48,175 bases of DNA from an uncultured Bacilli bacterium (GTDB lineage Bacteria; Bacillota_I; Bacilli_A; RF39; UBA660). The notes below the pieces were generated by a model. That model did no database searches and was not told the origin of the DNA. It was given only the letters and a program-made list of their open reading frames with translations. This document shows, piece after piece, positions 1 through 9,016 of the stretch; position 1 is the first letter of the stretch, and every line of letters begins with the position of its first letter. A program made the translations under genes and the position numbers. The DNA lies in NCBI GenBank assembly GCA_944359705.1, contig CALVSZ010000001.1, forward strand, positions 1-48,175, in the 5' to 3' direction.

Positions 1-2
1 AT

Positions 3-83
3 GTTAATGCAGCAATAAATATTATGTTAGAAGGATTAAAGATATATATTAAAACTTATGAAAGAGAACTAATGACGTCATAA
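3..83 (+). CDS. tnpB: C-terminal 26 codons of an IS200/IS605-family TnpB (OrfB)-like RNA-guided nuclease; the 5' part lies outside the window
   Basis: Not in the ORF track because no start lies in the window. Frame 3 reads VNAAINIMLEGLKIYIKTYERELMTS-stop, preceded by nt AT, which fits a GAT Asp codon. D-x-NAA-x-NI is the RuvC-III block near the end of TnpB proteins (family knowledge from memory). Confidence 0.45.
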   Translation, partial: VNAAINIMLEGLKIYIKTYERELMTS

Positions 84-205
84 ATTTTGACAATTTAATA
101 TAAGTAGGGTAGTGACTATCCGATTCTGGTCTATGGAGGAATAGGAATTCCTGTGAAGTAGAAAAAACTTACCGTGAGGTAAGTTAGTCAAAATTTATTT
201 TGACT
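84..205 (+). ncRNA. Candidate omega-RNA (reRNA) scaffold / IS right-end structured region downstream of the TnpB-like gene
   Basis: Dense secondary structure in a non-coding stretch: palindrome AGGAATTCCT (143-152), hairpin CTTACC-GTGA-GGTAAG (168-183, GNRA-type loop), and hairpin GTCAAAA-TTTA-TTTTGAC (187-204) followed by TTTTG. TnpB omega-RNAs are known to derive from the gene's 3' end plus the element's right end. Boundaries are uncertain. Confidence 0.3.
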
Positions 206-220
206 TTTGTTCTTAATCAA

Positions 221-319
221 ATTGATATATGTAGTGCAAAATTAATTGATACAACAGATCTTACTTTAGAAGAAGTATTAAATAAATTATTAGAAGTAAC
301 TAAGAAAAGGAGTAGATAA
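221..319 (+). pseudogene. Possible 3' remnant of a small P-loop kinase-like gene (cytidylate-kinase-like C-terminus), apparently cut off by the TnpB element
   Basis: The open frame (open only from 188, after TAG 185-187) reads ...IDICSAKLIDTTDLTLEEVLNKLLEVTKKRSR-stop and ends 2 nt before the PHP gene ATG (operon-like spacing). It has no plausible start or SD. The IDTT-L-x-EEV tail resembles nucleotide-kinase C-termini from memory. Confidence 0.2.
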
Positions 320-320
320 G

Positions 321-1187
321 ATGATAGATTTACATTGTCATACAACATATTCTGATGGAACATGGAGTGTAACAGAATTATTAAAAAAAGCCGAAGAAAA
401 AGGAATAGAAGTGTTATCTATAACAGATCATGATAGTGCTAAAGCTTATTTTGAGTTAGAAAAAGTAGATAGAAGTAAATATTATAAAGGGAAGTTATTA
501 GTGGGTGCCGAAATAAATTGTGTATTTGATGATACTAAAATTGAGTTACTTGCTTATGATTTTAATAAAGAAAAAGTACAAGAATGGTTAGATTCTATGT
601 ATGGAGAAGAGAATGTAAAAAATAGTTTTATTAAAGAATTTAATGATATGGTAGATATTTGTAAAAATAATAATATAAAATTATCAAATAATTTATTATA
701 TAATCCAGATAAAGAGTATCCTATTGATGTTATATATTATGATGTTATAAAATATGATGAAAATAAAAAATACATTGAAGAAGAAGTATGGAATAGTAAA
801 TCACTATTCTTTAGAAAATGTACAACTGATAAGGATTTTATATTATATAGAGATTTTACAAAGGATTATCCGAAAGCAGAAGATGTAGCTAATATTATTC
901 ATAAAAATGGTGGTAAAGTATTTTTAGCTCATTTATTTGTGTATAAAATGAATGATCATAAGAATTTCTTAAACAATATAGTAGATGCAAATATTTTAGA
1001 TGGAATAGAGTGTTACCATAGTAATTTCACTAAAGAACAAACAGAATTTTTATTAGATTATTGTAATAATAATAATTTATATGTTTCTGGTGGATCTGAC
1101 TGTCATGGTGATAAACATCAAGATAGAGTATTAGGATCCTTAAATATAAATTTAGATATAATAAAAGATTGGTATAAAAAAGCATAA
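321..1187 (+). CDS. PHP-domain metal-dependent phosphoesterase
   Basis: N-terminal MIDLHCHTTYSDG (the H-x-H...SDG PHP signature), ITDHD, and C-terminal SGGSDCHG. SD AAAAGGAG lies upstream of the ATG. Confidence 0.8.
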   Translation: MIDLHCHTTYSDGTWSVTELLKKAEEKGIEVLSITDHDSAKAYFELEKVDRSKYYKGKLLVGAEINCVFDDTKIELLAYDFNKEKVQEWLDSMYGEENVKNSFIKEFNDMVDICKNNNIKLSNNLLYNPDKEYPIDVIYYDVIKYDENKKYIEEEVWNSKSLFFRKCTTDKDFILYRDFTKDYPKAEDVANIIHKNGGKVFLAHLFVYKMNDHKNFLNNIVDANILDGIECYHSNFTKEQTEFLLDYCNNNNLYVSGGSDCHGDKHQDRVLGSLNINLDIIKDWYKKA

Positions 1188-1217
1188 AACTTATCTTGTA
1201 GTTTTATGCTTTTCTTT
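1182..1217. terminator. Intrinsic terminator between convergent genes
   Basis: 10-bp stem GCATAAAACT / AGTTTTATGC (1182-1191 / 1200-1209) followed by TTTTCTTT. Confidence 0.7.
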
Positions 1218-1245
1218 GGGCGATACAATTATTGCTCTTTTAAAT

Positions 1246-1881
1246 TTACTTAAAATATAAATAAGGTAAACCTAGTTTTTGATAAATAGAAGATGCTCTA
1301 GGTAAGGAAAATAATCTAGCAAATACTAAGTTATATATTTCATCAATTAAAAAGATTGCACAAATGGTATAACTAAGTATTAAGAAATGTTTTTTCTTCA
1401 TCTTTTTTGCTATATAGAAGCAAAGAGGTAAAAGAATATACATAAGAACTAAACTAAATATTCCAAAAATTAATACGCTTCTTATACATACATAACCATT
1501 AATATTACCAAAACTAAGTATTTCTTTAGTATAATCCCAACATTTTACATTCATTAAATTTTCGAGTATCCATCCTCCGATATATTCAAGGATTCCTGTA
1601 GCAATCACACTAACTGTAAATACATATAAAGGATTTCTTCTTTTCTTAAAAGTTAGTAAGATTATTAAAATAGCACCAATGGCGTAAATATTTATCCAAG
1701 GCAAAAAATTACTTCCACGCCAATAAAAACTCTTCATACCACTATTGAAATAGTAAAAAATAAATTCATATATCCATCCAAATACTCCGGAAATTACAAT
1801 TACTAAACAATAAATTCCTAACATTGTACTATTATCAACCTTAGGATTACGTTTTAAATAATTTTTAAAAAACTTCTTCAT
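1246..1881 (-). CDS. Polytopic membrane protein (possibly the DUF1113 / 'putative ABC-transporter type IV' family)
   Basis: About 6 hydrophobic segments. Start moved to MKKFFKNYL because AAAGGTG lies 8 nt upstream. The family guess rests only on the GWIYEFIF-type motif. Confidence 0.6.
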   Translation of the reverse strand: MKKFFKNYLKRNPKVDNSTMLGIYCLVIVISGVFGWIYEFIFYYFNSGMKSFYWRGSNFLPWINIYAIGAILIILLTFKKRRNPLYVFTVSVIATGILEYIGGWILENLMNVKCWDYTKEILSFGNINGYVCIRSVLIFGIFSLVLMYILLPLCFYIAKKMKKKHFLILSYTICAIFLIDEIYNLVFARLFSLPRASSIYQKLGLPYLYFK

Positions 1882-2065
1882 ACTGCCAACACCTTTACTA
1901 CTATTAAAAATATTATACAATAAAATAAATACGAATTCTATCTTTTGTAATAAAAATATGTTAAAATATATTTAACAATATAATAAAATAATATAAGACT
2001 ATATAAATAAAAGGAGGGTAGTTATTGTTTATAGTCATTGATATTAATTAATGAAAGGATTTGTT

Positions 2066-2608
2066 ATGAAAAAAGTAAAAAATGACACAATTATTAAAAC
2101 TTTACTACTTGCAATTATTGCTGTTTGTGTAATCTTTCTTGTAATGCAACGTTTTGAAATCACATCTTATAAAGAAGATATTAATTCATATAAAGAAAAA
2201 ATTAATAAATTAGAAAATAAAGACGATGACAAAACAGAAGAAGAGTCTAAATACTATGATTGTACATTTACGCAAACATATCGTATAGTAGATAAATTAG
2301 ATGGTTATATAGCAGAAGTTCCGGAAAAATCATATGTTATTGTTGATAAGTTCCAATCACATAGTGCCTTTGCTCATCCAATTATTACTAATTTAAAAGA
2401 TAATTTAGAAGTTAATAAGTATTATGAATTTACTTATCATATTAAAGGTAGTGGAGTTATAAATGATATTTCTGATGTAGTTAGTCATATAACCGATAAA
2501 TCATTAGATGATGTTTCTGAAGATATTTATATGGTAAATCTTAGTGTTAAAGAAACTGATAAAACAGGGTTAGAACAACTACAAGAAAATATTTGTAATG
2601 GTAATTAA
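2066..2608 (+). CDS. Hypothetical membrane-anchored protein (single N-terminal TM segment)
   Basis: ORF with SD-like AAAGGA before the internal ATG (MKKVKNDTII...). One TM helix, then a soluble domain. No motif recognised. Confidence 0.6.
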   Translation: MKKVKNDTIIKTLLLAIIAVCVIFLVMQRFEITSYKEDINSYKEKINKLENKDDDKTEEESKYYDCTFTQTYRIVDKLDGYIAEVPEKSYVIVDKFQSHSAFAHPIITNLKDNLEVNKYYEFTYHIKGSGVINDISDVVSHITDKSLDDVSEDIYMVNLSVKETDKTGLEQLQENICNGN

Positions 2609-2702
2609 CATTAAATGTGTAAAGTAATAATTTTACTGTTCCCAAAAAGAAGATATTTTGATATAATGAATATCGCTGGCTAAAATTAAAAGGAGGTATA
2701 TT

Positions 2703-3161
2703 ATGTTAAAAAAATTAATTTTAGGATGCCTAGTATGTGCAATGATGTTTAATTTAACAGGATGCGGTGAAAAACAGGTAGAAGGTACATTAGAAGAAAT
2801 AATGACAAAAGTATATGCTGATATTCCAGAAGATGAAAGACCAATGTTGCTTACTAATATAAAAATTAGCGATGAAAATATTGAAAATTATCTTGGGACA
2901 AAAGATATTGATTATAAGGAAGCGATGGCTTCTGAATCTGCAGCTGGTTCCATTCCTCATTCTGTAGTTCTTGTTAGAATGAATGATGGTGCAAATATTG
3001 AAGAGGCTAAAAAGAAAATAGAGGAAAATGCTAATCCAAGAAAATGGATATGCGTAGAAGCAGAAGATGTAGTTGTTAAAAATAAAGGGAACTTAATTAT
3101 TTTAATAATGTCTACAAAAGATAAAATTGAAAAAATAGAAAATAGTTTTAATAATTTATAG
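2703..3161 (+). CDS. Lipoprotein (DUF4358-like), first gene of the MBOAT/DHHW cluster
   Basis: SD AAAGGAGG. Signal peptide with lipobox NLTGC. Size and position upstream of MBOAT/DHHW are typical for this family (from memory). Confidence 0.65.
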   Translation: MLKKLILGCLVCAMMFNLTGCGEKQVEGTLEEIMTKVYADIPEDERPMLLTNIKISDENIENYLGTKDIDYKEAMASESAAGSIPHSVVLVRMNDGANIEEAKKKIEENANPRKWICVEAEDVVVKNKGNLIILIMSTKDKIEKIENSFNNL

Positions 3162-3205
3162 AAGTCTTCCAAAAGGAAGATTTTTATTTAAAGGAGAGAA
3201 TATAT

Positions 3206-4579
3206 ATGCTTTTTTCAAGTATTACATTTTTATTTTATTTTTTACCTATACTTTTAATTGTTTATTTTGTAGTACCAAAGAAATTTAAAAATTTAGTATT
3301 ATTTATATTTAGTTTGTTTTTCTATTTTTATGGCGAACCTAAATATGGATTTTTATTACTTATATCTTGTATTATAAATTATATAATGGGTAGCCTTATA
3401 GAAAAACATAGGAAGTATGCTAAAGTATTTTTAATTATAACACTTGTTTATAATATAGGACAATTATTATATTTTAAATATTTAGACTTTTTTATTGAAA
3501 ATGTAAATAATATATTTAATACTAATATAAAATTTATGTATATAGTAATGCCAATAGGTATTAGTTTCTTTACTTTTCAAACAATTAGTTATGTAATAGA
3601 TGTATATAATAAAAAGGTAGAAGCATCTAAAAGCTTTCTTAACTTTGCAACTTATGTATGTTTATTCCCTCAGCTAGTAGCAGGTCCTATTGTTCGTTAT
3701 GAAACAATATCTAAAGAATTAAAAAATAGAAAAAGTAATTATGATACATTTGCTCTTGGAGTAAAAAGGTTTGCAATTGGTCTATTTAAAAAAGTATTAA
3801 TAGCAAACTTAGTTGGTGAATTATGTGCTTCATTATCAGTACTTACTAATCAATCGGTTATGTCATACGTATTTCAAGCAGTAGGATTTACCTTACAAAT
3901 ATACTTTGATTTTAGTGGATACTCAGATATGGCAATAGGTTTAGGATTATTCTTTGGATTCCATTTCCTAGAAAACTTTAATTATCCATTAGTGGCTTCA
4001 TCTATTACTGACTTTTGGAGAAGATGGCATATATCACTATCTAGTTTCTTTAGAGATTATGTATATATTCCCCTTGGAGGTAATCGTGTATCTTTATTAA
4101 AATGGATAAGAAATATTTTTGTTGTGTGGTTTTTAACAGGATTTTGGCATGGTGCTAGTTGGAATTTTATCTTATGGGGATTATATTTTGCCGTTATTTT
4201 AGTACTAGAAAAGAAATTATATGGAAAACTCTTAAATAAAACTAAAGTATTTAAATATATATATACAATAGTTCTAGTAGTCATTAGCTTTGTAATATTT
4301 AACTGTGAAACTATTGGTGATATAAAAATCTTTTTATCTAGTATGTTTGGATTTTCTAACTTACCTTTAGTAAACTCTGAAACATTATATTATATAAGAA
4401 GTTATTTAGTATTATTAATTATAGCAATAATAGCATCAACACCATTATTAAAAGTAATAGGAAATAAACTAAAAAAATTAGAATTTTTAGAACCAGTTAT
4501 ATATATAGGAATAATTATATTAATAACGGCTTATTTAATAGATTCTTCATTTAATCCATTTTTGTATTTTAGATTTTAA
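3206..4579 (+). CDS. MBOAT-family membrane O-acyltransferase (AlgI/DltB/PatA-like)
   Basis: Polytopic, 457 aa, with the conserved block FWRRWHISLSSFFRDYVYIPLGGNR and WHG (MBOAT His motif). Confidence 0.9.
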   Translation: MLFSSITFLFYFLPILLIVYFVVPKKFKNLVLFIFSLFFYFYGEPKYGFLLLISCIINYIMGSLIEKHRKYAKVFLIITLVYNIGQLLYFKYLDFFIENVNNIFNTNIKFMYIVMPIGISFFTFQTISYVIDVYNKKVEASKSFLNFATYVCLFPQLVAGPIVRYETISKELKNRKSNYDTFALGVKRFAIGLFKKVLIANLVGELCASLSVLTNQSVMSYVFQAVGFTLQIYFDFSGYSDMAIGLGLFFGFHFLENFNYPLVASSITDFWRRWHISLSSFFRDYVYIPLGGNRVSLLKWIRNIFVVWFLTGFWHGASWNFILWGLYFAVILVLEKKLYGKLLNKTKVFKYIYTIVLVVISFVIFNCETIGDIKIFLSSMFGFSNLPLVNSETLYYIRSYLVLLIIAIIASTPLLKVIGNKLKKLEFLEPVIYIGIIILITAYLIDSSFNPFLYFRF

Positions 4580-4588
4580 GGAGGGTAT

Positions 4589-5665
4589 ATGAAAAATAAA
4601 ATAATAACTATTTCGTTTGTTTTTGTAATAGAACTTTTCTTTATATTAGGTTTAGTTATAAAAGATGAAAGCATTAGTAAAACAGAACGAAGAAAATTAG
4701 AGTCATTTCCTAAACTAACAATAAATAAAATAATGGATGGAAGTTTTATGGATGATTTTGAAGATTATACGTTAGATCAGTTTCCATATCGAGATACATT
4801 TAGAAGCATAAAAGCAAATGTTAATTATTATATATTAAATATGCTTGATAATAATAAAATATACTTAAATAATGATGGTATATTCAAACTAGAGTATCCG
4901 ACTAATACAGAGTCTATAGATAAATTTATTAATAAAATTAACGGTATAATAGATACTTTAAATGAAGATAACAAAGTATATTCTTTAGTTATTCCTGATA
5001 AAAATTATTATGTAGAAGATGAATTATTTTTAAAAATAGATTATGATTTATTATATTCTAAAATAGAAAAGTTAAATACAATACCTATTGATATTAGAGA
5101 TATAATGAATATTAATGATTACTATAAGACAGATACGCATTGGAGGCAAGAAAATTTAGATAAAGTAGTAAAAAGGTTATCAGAGAAAATTAATTTACCG
5201 TATACGAAAATAAATTACAAATACAATACTTATTCTAAATTTTATGGAGTTTATTATGGCCAAGCCGCATTAAATGGAACCCCTGATACCATAACTTATT
5301 TAACTAATGATATTATTAACGAATGCACAGTGGAATATTTAGAAAATCCTAATTTAAATACTGTTTATAATCCATCAAAATTAACAGGTATGGACTCATA
5401 TGATGTATTTTTAGATGGAGCATCATCATTTATTACTATTAATAATCCAAATAATAAAGAAAATAGAGAATTAGTAGTATTCAGAGATTCTTTTGGAAGT
5501 AGTCTAATACCATTATTAATTCCATATTATTCTAAAATTACTGTTATTGATATTAGATATATAACTAGTAATTATTATTTAGAGAAAGTAAAATTTACTA
5601 ATCAAGATATACTTTTCTTATATAGTACATTACTTGTAAATAATAGTTCTAGTTTAAAAGATTAA
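4589..5665 (+). CDS. DHHW-family / AlgX-AlgJ-like extracytoplasmic acyl-transfer partner of the MBOAT protein
   Basis: N-terminal TM anchor, motif YYKTDTHW (D-x-H-W catalytic signature), and FRDSFG near the C-terminus. It lies immediately downstream of the MBOAT gene. Confidence 0.75.
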   Translation: MKNKIITISFVFVIELFFILGLVIKDESISKTERRKLESFPKLTINKIMDGSFMDDFEDYTLDQFPYRDTFRSIKANVNYYILNMLDNNKIYLNNDGIFKLEYPTNTESIDKFINKINGIIDTLNEDNKVYSLVIPDKNYYVEDELFLKIDYDLLYSKIEKLNTIPIDIRDIMNINDYYKTDTHWRQENLDKVVKRLSEKINLPYTKINYKYNTYSKFYGVYYGQAALNGTPDTITYLTNDIINECTVEYLENPNLNTVYNPSKLTGMDSYDVFLDGASSFITINNPNNKENRELVVFRDSFGSSLIPLLIPYYSKITVIDIRYITSNYYLEKVKFTNQDILFLYSTLLVNNSSSLKD

Positions 5666-5700
5666 AATTTGTTATAATAAATAAAAGGAGAGATATTAAT

Positions 5701-6156
5701 ATGATGAATTTGGGTATAGAAGAAGCAAGAAAAACAATGAATGAAAATTTAGGAGGACCTTTTGGAGCCGTTATCACTGATAGTGATGGAAATGTTATAG
5801 CAGTTAGTTCAAATACAGTATTAGGAAGCCATGATCCAACTGCTCATGCCGAAATTAATGCAATCAGAAAGGCATGCAGTATATTAAAAACGCATGATTT
5901 AAGTGGTTATATATTGTATGCAACTGGATATCCTTGTCCCATGTGTTTGTCTGCGATAATGTGGGCTAATATTAAGAAAGTATATTATGGCACTAACTTA
6001 AAAGATGCAGAAGATATTGGCTTTAGAGATGATTTTATCTATAATTATATTAAAGGAAATAGTGATAATAAAACTCTAGAACTTATAAATATTGATAGAG
6101 ATCAATGTTTAGAATTATTTAATGAATATAAAGAAAAAAATAAGGAGATATATTAA
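5701..6156 (+). CDS. CMP/dCMP-type zinc deaminase (nucleoside/guanine/tRNA-adenosine deaminase family)
   Basis: HAEINAI ... PCPMC zinc-binding motifs. 151 aa. Confidence 0.85.
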   Translation: MMNLGIEEARKTMNENLGGPFGAVITDSDGNVIAVSSNTVLGSHDPTAHAEINAIRKACSILKTHDLSGYILYATGYPCPMCLSAIMWANIKKVYYGTNLKDAEDIGFRDDFIYNYIKGNSDNKTLELINIDRDQCLELFNEYKEKNKEIY

Positions 6157-6869
6157 TGGATTATAGTAGTTTAAAGATTCCTAATCATGTGGCAATTATA
6201 TTAGATGGAAATGGAAGATGGGCAAAAGCAAAAGGATTATCTAGAAGTATGGGACATGAAGCAGGATTTAAAAATTTAAAGAAATTAAGTAAATATATAC
6301 TAAGTAAGGGAATAAAAGTATTTAGTGTTTATGCTTTTTCAACTGAAAACTTTAATAGAAGTGCTGAAGAAGTAGATTTCCTTATGAATTTATTTGTAAA
6401 AGGATTTAAAAAAGAAAAAAATTATTTCAACAAAGAAAATATAAAAGTGGTATTCTCAGGAAGAAGAGAAAATTTAAGAAAAGATGTATTAGACTCTATG
6501 GATGAACTTACTAACTTAACTAAAAATAATACTGGAGGTATTTTAAACATCTGCTTAAATTATGGAGGACACTTTGAAATAATAGATGCTTGTAAGAAAA
6601 TAATTAAAGATAAAATTAATCCTGAAGATATTGATGAAAAATTATTTAATGAATATTTATATCAAGATTTACCCCCAATAGATTATTTGATTAGAACAAG
6701 TGGAGAAATTAGAGTAAGTAATTTTATGTTATGGCAGATGTCTTATGCTGAGTTTTATTTTCCCAATACATATTTTCCTGATTTTAATGAAAAAGAATTT
6801 GATAAGGCAATAATTGAATATACTAAAAGAGATAGAAGATTTGGTAAGATAGATTATAATAAAAAATAA
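6156..6869 (+). CDS. uppS: Isoprenyl transferase (undecaprenyl-diphosphate synthase)
   Basis: HVAIILDGNGRWA, FSTENFNR and RTSGE-R-SNFMLWQ motifs. The start overlaps the upstream stop (TAATG). Confidence 0.9.
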   Translation: MDYSSLKIPNHVAIILDGNGRWAKAKGLSRSMGHEAGFKNLKKLSKYILSKGIKVFSVYAFSTENFNRSAEEVDFLMNLFVKGFKKEKNYFNKENIKVVFSGRRENLRKDVLDSMDELTNLTKNNTGGILNICLNYGGHFEIIDACKKIIKDKINPEDIDEKLFNEYLYQDLPPIDYLIRTSGEIRVSNFMLWQMSYAEFYFPNTYFPDFNEKEFDKAIIEYTKRDRRFGKIDYNKK

Positions 6870-6935
6870 TCTATCTTTTAGTTATTAGTAAATAATAAAA
6901 AAATAAATCTCCATATACTATTATGGAGGTGGAAA

Positions 6936-7832
6936 ATGATAAGAGAATATTCATATAAAAATGATAAAGATAAAGTGTTAAGTAAACATTTTAAAGTAGG
7001 GGAATTTGCGTCAATTGATAATCGTGGTAATAAACTTACTACTGATAAAATATTAATTGATGATAACCTAGTTGTAATGTTAGAAAAATTATATGATTAC
7101 TTAAATAATTTATATGGAATAAAAAGTATATTAATTACGTCTGGCTATAGAAGTGCTGATTTTGAAGCATCTCTTCCTGGTGGTGTTTTAAATGGTCAAC
7201 ACACGAAAGGAACTGCTGTTGATATTATTGTAAATAAAAGTAGTGGTGGTAGTGTTGATGCTAAATTAGTATGTTGTGCTGCTGAAACAGTAGGATTTAA
7301 TGGAATAGGGTATGGTAGAACATACACGCATATTGATGTAAGAAGTAGTAAAAGTTATTTTGATGAAACTAATGGTAAAACAGGAATAAGTAGTTTTTAT
7401 TCTTACTTTAATATAGTTAAACCAAATAACGATAAACCAAATACAATTAATAACAAATATAAAGTAGGAGATGTTGTAAGTATTAATGGGGTATATGTAT
7501 CTAGTGATTCAGAAGAAAAATTAAAACCTAAAGTTATAACAGGAACAATTACAAAAATAGTAAGTGGGGCAAAAAATCCTTATTTACTTGATAATGGTAA
7601 TATTGGTTGGGTAAATGATTCAGTTATAATTAATAATAATGTTTATTTAAGTAATCCAACTTACAAAGGAACATCTCTAGTAGATGCTCTAAATGAAATT
7701 AATATAGATAGTAGTTATACTTATCGAAGTAAACTAGCTATAAAAAATAATATTAATAATTATAAAGGAACAGCAGAGCAAAATATAACTATGTTAAACT
7801 TACTTAAGAAAGGTAGATTAATTAAATTTTAA
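6936..7832 (+). CDS. Peptidase M15-type (zinc D-Ala-D-Ala carboxypeptidase/endolysin-like) cell-wall hydrolase with C-terminal binding modules
   Basis: QHTKGTAVDI and YTHIDV (the H-x6-D ... H zinc ligand pattern). The middle is SH3-like (KYKVGDVVSINGVYV...GWVNDSVI). The C-terminal ~50 aa (SLVDALNEINIDSSYTYRSKLAIKNNINNYKGTAEQNITMLNLLKKG) resemble wall-binding modules of phage lysins. Confidence 0.7.
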   Translation: MIREYSYKNDKDKVLSKHFKVGEFASIDNRGNKLTTDKILIDDNLVVMLEKLYDYLNNLYGIKSILITSGYRSADFEASLPGGVLNGQHTKGTAVDIIVNKSSGGSVDAKLVCCAAETVGFNGIGYGRTYTHIDVRSSKSYFDETNGKTGISSFYSYFNIVKPNNDKPNTINNKYKVGDVVSINGVYVSSDSEEKLKPKVITGTITKIVSGAKNPYLLDNGNIGWVNDSVIINNNVYLSNPTYKGTSLVDALNEINIDSSYTYRSKLAIKNNINNYKGTAEQNITMLNLLKKGRLIKF

Positions 7833-7892
7833 TTTACTTTTCTTTTCTTTTTCGTTATAATATATAATAAAATTTGAAAGGTTTTGGTAGTT

Positions 7893-8573
7893 ATGTTAAA
7901 TAATTTTTATATAAGTGAGAATATTCCTAATCCATTAACCAACGAAGAACTTTTAGATAACTTTATTAAATTATCAAAAGGTGATATGAATGCAAGGGAA
8001 AAACTTATAACTCATAATATGCGAATTGTCATTGAAGTAGTAAACAAAAATTTTGATATAACTCCTTATGATAAAGAAGAACTAATATCTGTTGGTTTAA
8101 TTGGATTAATAAAAAGTGTAGATGCTTTTGATATAAATAGACAAGTACCTTTTTATTCTTATGCTAAAAAATGTATAATTAAGGAAATTTTAGCTTATAT
8201 GAAAAGTAATAAAAAATGTCTTAATAATATTAGTATTAATCAATCACTAGATATAGAACACGATGGAAAAGATTTAACTTTAGAAGATACCCTGCCTTGT
8301 GATATTAATCTAGAAGAAGAATATATTGAAAAAGAAATTATTTCTTTAATAAAAGAATATATAAGTAATTTAGAGGGAAGAGAAAAAATAATCATTATGT
8401 ATCGTTATGGACTTTTTGATGGTAAATTTTATAAACTTAGTGAAGTTGCAAACATATTAAATGTATCCGGGTCTTATGTAAGTATATTAGAACATAAGGT
8501 ACTAAATGAAATAAAAAAGACTTTAGAAGTTAAAAAAGATAAATATAAAAAATTTATAAAACAAAATAGTTAA
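7893..8573 (+). CDS. Sigma-70 family sigma factor of the sporulation SigK/SigE type
   Basis: IPNPLTNEEL...GDMNAREKLITHNMRIVIEVV...ELISVGLIGLIKSVDAFD (region 2) and ...LSEVANILNVSGSYVSILEHKVLNEI (region 4, cf. SRSYVSRIEK) follow the SigK/SigE pattern. Start placed at MLNNFY. Confidence 0.75.
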   Translation: MLNNFYISENIPNPLTNEELLDNFIKLSKGDMNAREKLITHNMRIVIEVVNKNFDITPYDKEELISVGLIGLIKSVDAFDINRQVPFYSYAKKCIIKEILAYMKSNKKCLNNISINQSLDIEHDGKDLTLEDTLPCDINLEEEYIEKEIISLIKEYISNLEGREKIIIMYRYGLFDGKFYKLSEVANILNVSGSYVSILEHKVLNEIKKTLEVKKDKYKKFIKQNS

Positions 8574-8650
8574 AAAATATAAATGCTTATGTTTTTGTTT
8601 ACTTATAAGTAATTTACTTTATTTCAATTTTATCTTATAATGAGGTTGAC

Positions 8651-9016
8651 GTGATTATTGTGAAAATAAATAATGAATGTGCAAGAAGAATATTAATAGA
8701 AGTAGAAAAAATACCTTATGGAGAAAGTATAAGTGTTATTAAATTACAAGAAAAAATTAAAGAATTTAGTATTGAAGATATTTTAACCATTATGACATTA
8801 TTTAATAGAGAACATTATTTAATTATTTTAGATAAAGCAAGTTATGATGATAATGATGTATTTAGGGATAATAAAATTAAATGCTTAACAGAGAAAGGAT
8901 ATAAAACTCTAGATTTAATTCGTGATGATGAATTATGGAATAATATGAAGGAAAAAATAGATAACTTTAATGAAATATCTATATATACTATAATTGATAT
9001 AGCAAAAAAATATTAG
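8651..9016 (+). CDS. Small hypothetical protein (DUF2513-like, winged-helix-like)
   Basis: GTG start behind TGAGGT. The family guess comes from size and the N-terminal pattern C-x-RRILIEVEK. Confidence 0.45.
   Translation: MIIVKINNECARRILIEVEKIPYGESISVIKLQEKIKEFSIEDILTIMTLFNREHYLIILDKASYDDNDVFRDNKIKCLTEKGYKTLDLIRDDELWNNMKEKIDNFNEISIYTIIDIAKKY

Noticed and set aside
2957-3172. Antisense ORFs listed in the six-frame track inside well-supported genes. This one is representative. The others are 4057-4284, 13250-13462, 13502-13699, 13947-14249, 14242-14496, 14535-14723, 17585-17920, 18509-18706, 21415-21606, 21965-22207, 23401-23676, 24923-25111, 27431-27703 (+), 28827-29138, 33468-33836, 37799-38062, 43723-43914 (+), 46640-47044 and 47145-47456.
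   Set aside because: Each lies fully within or opposite a longer ORF that has motifs and an SD. Their products are low-complexity (I/L/F/S/K-rich), as expected from the reverse complement of AT-rich coding sequence. None has a convincing ribosome-binding site.
8599-8612. Perfect 14-bp palindrome TTACTTATAAGTAA upstream of the DUF2513-like gene; a possible operator.
   Set aside because: AT-only palindromes of this size are common in such AT-rich spacers, and there is no second copy or partner regulator to support a call.
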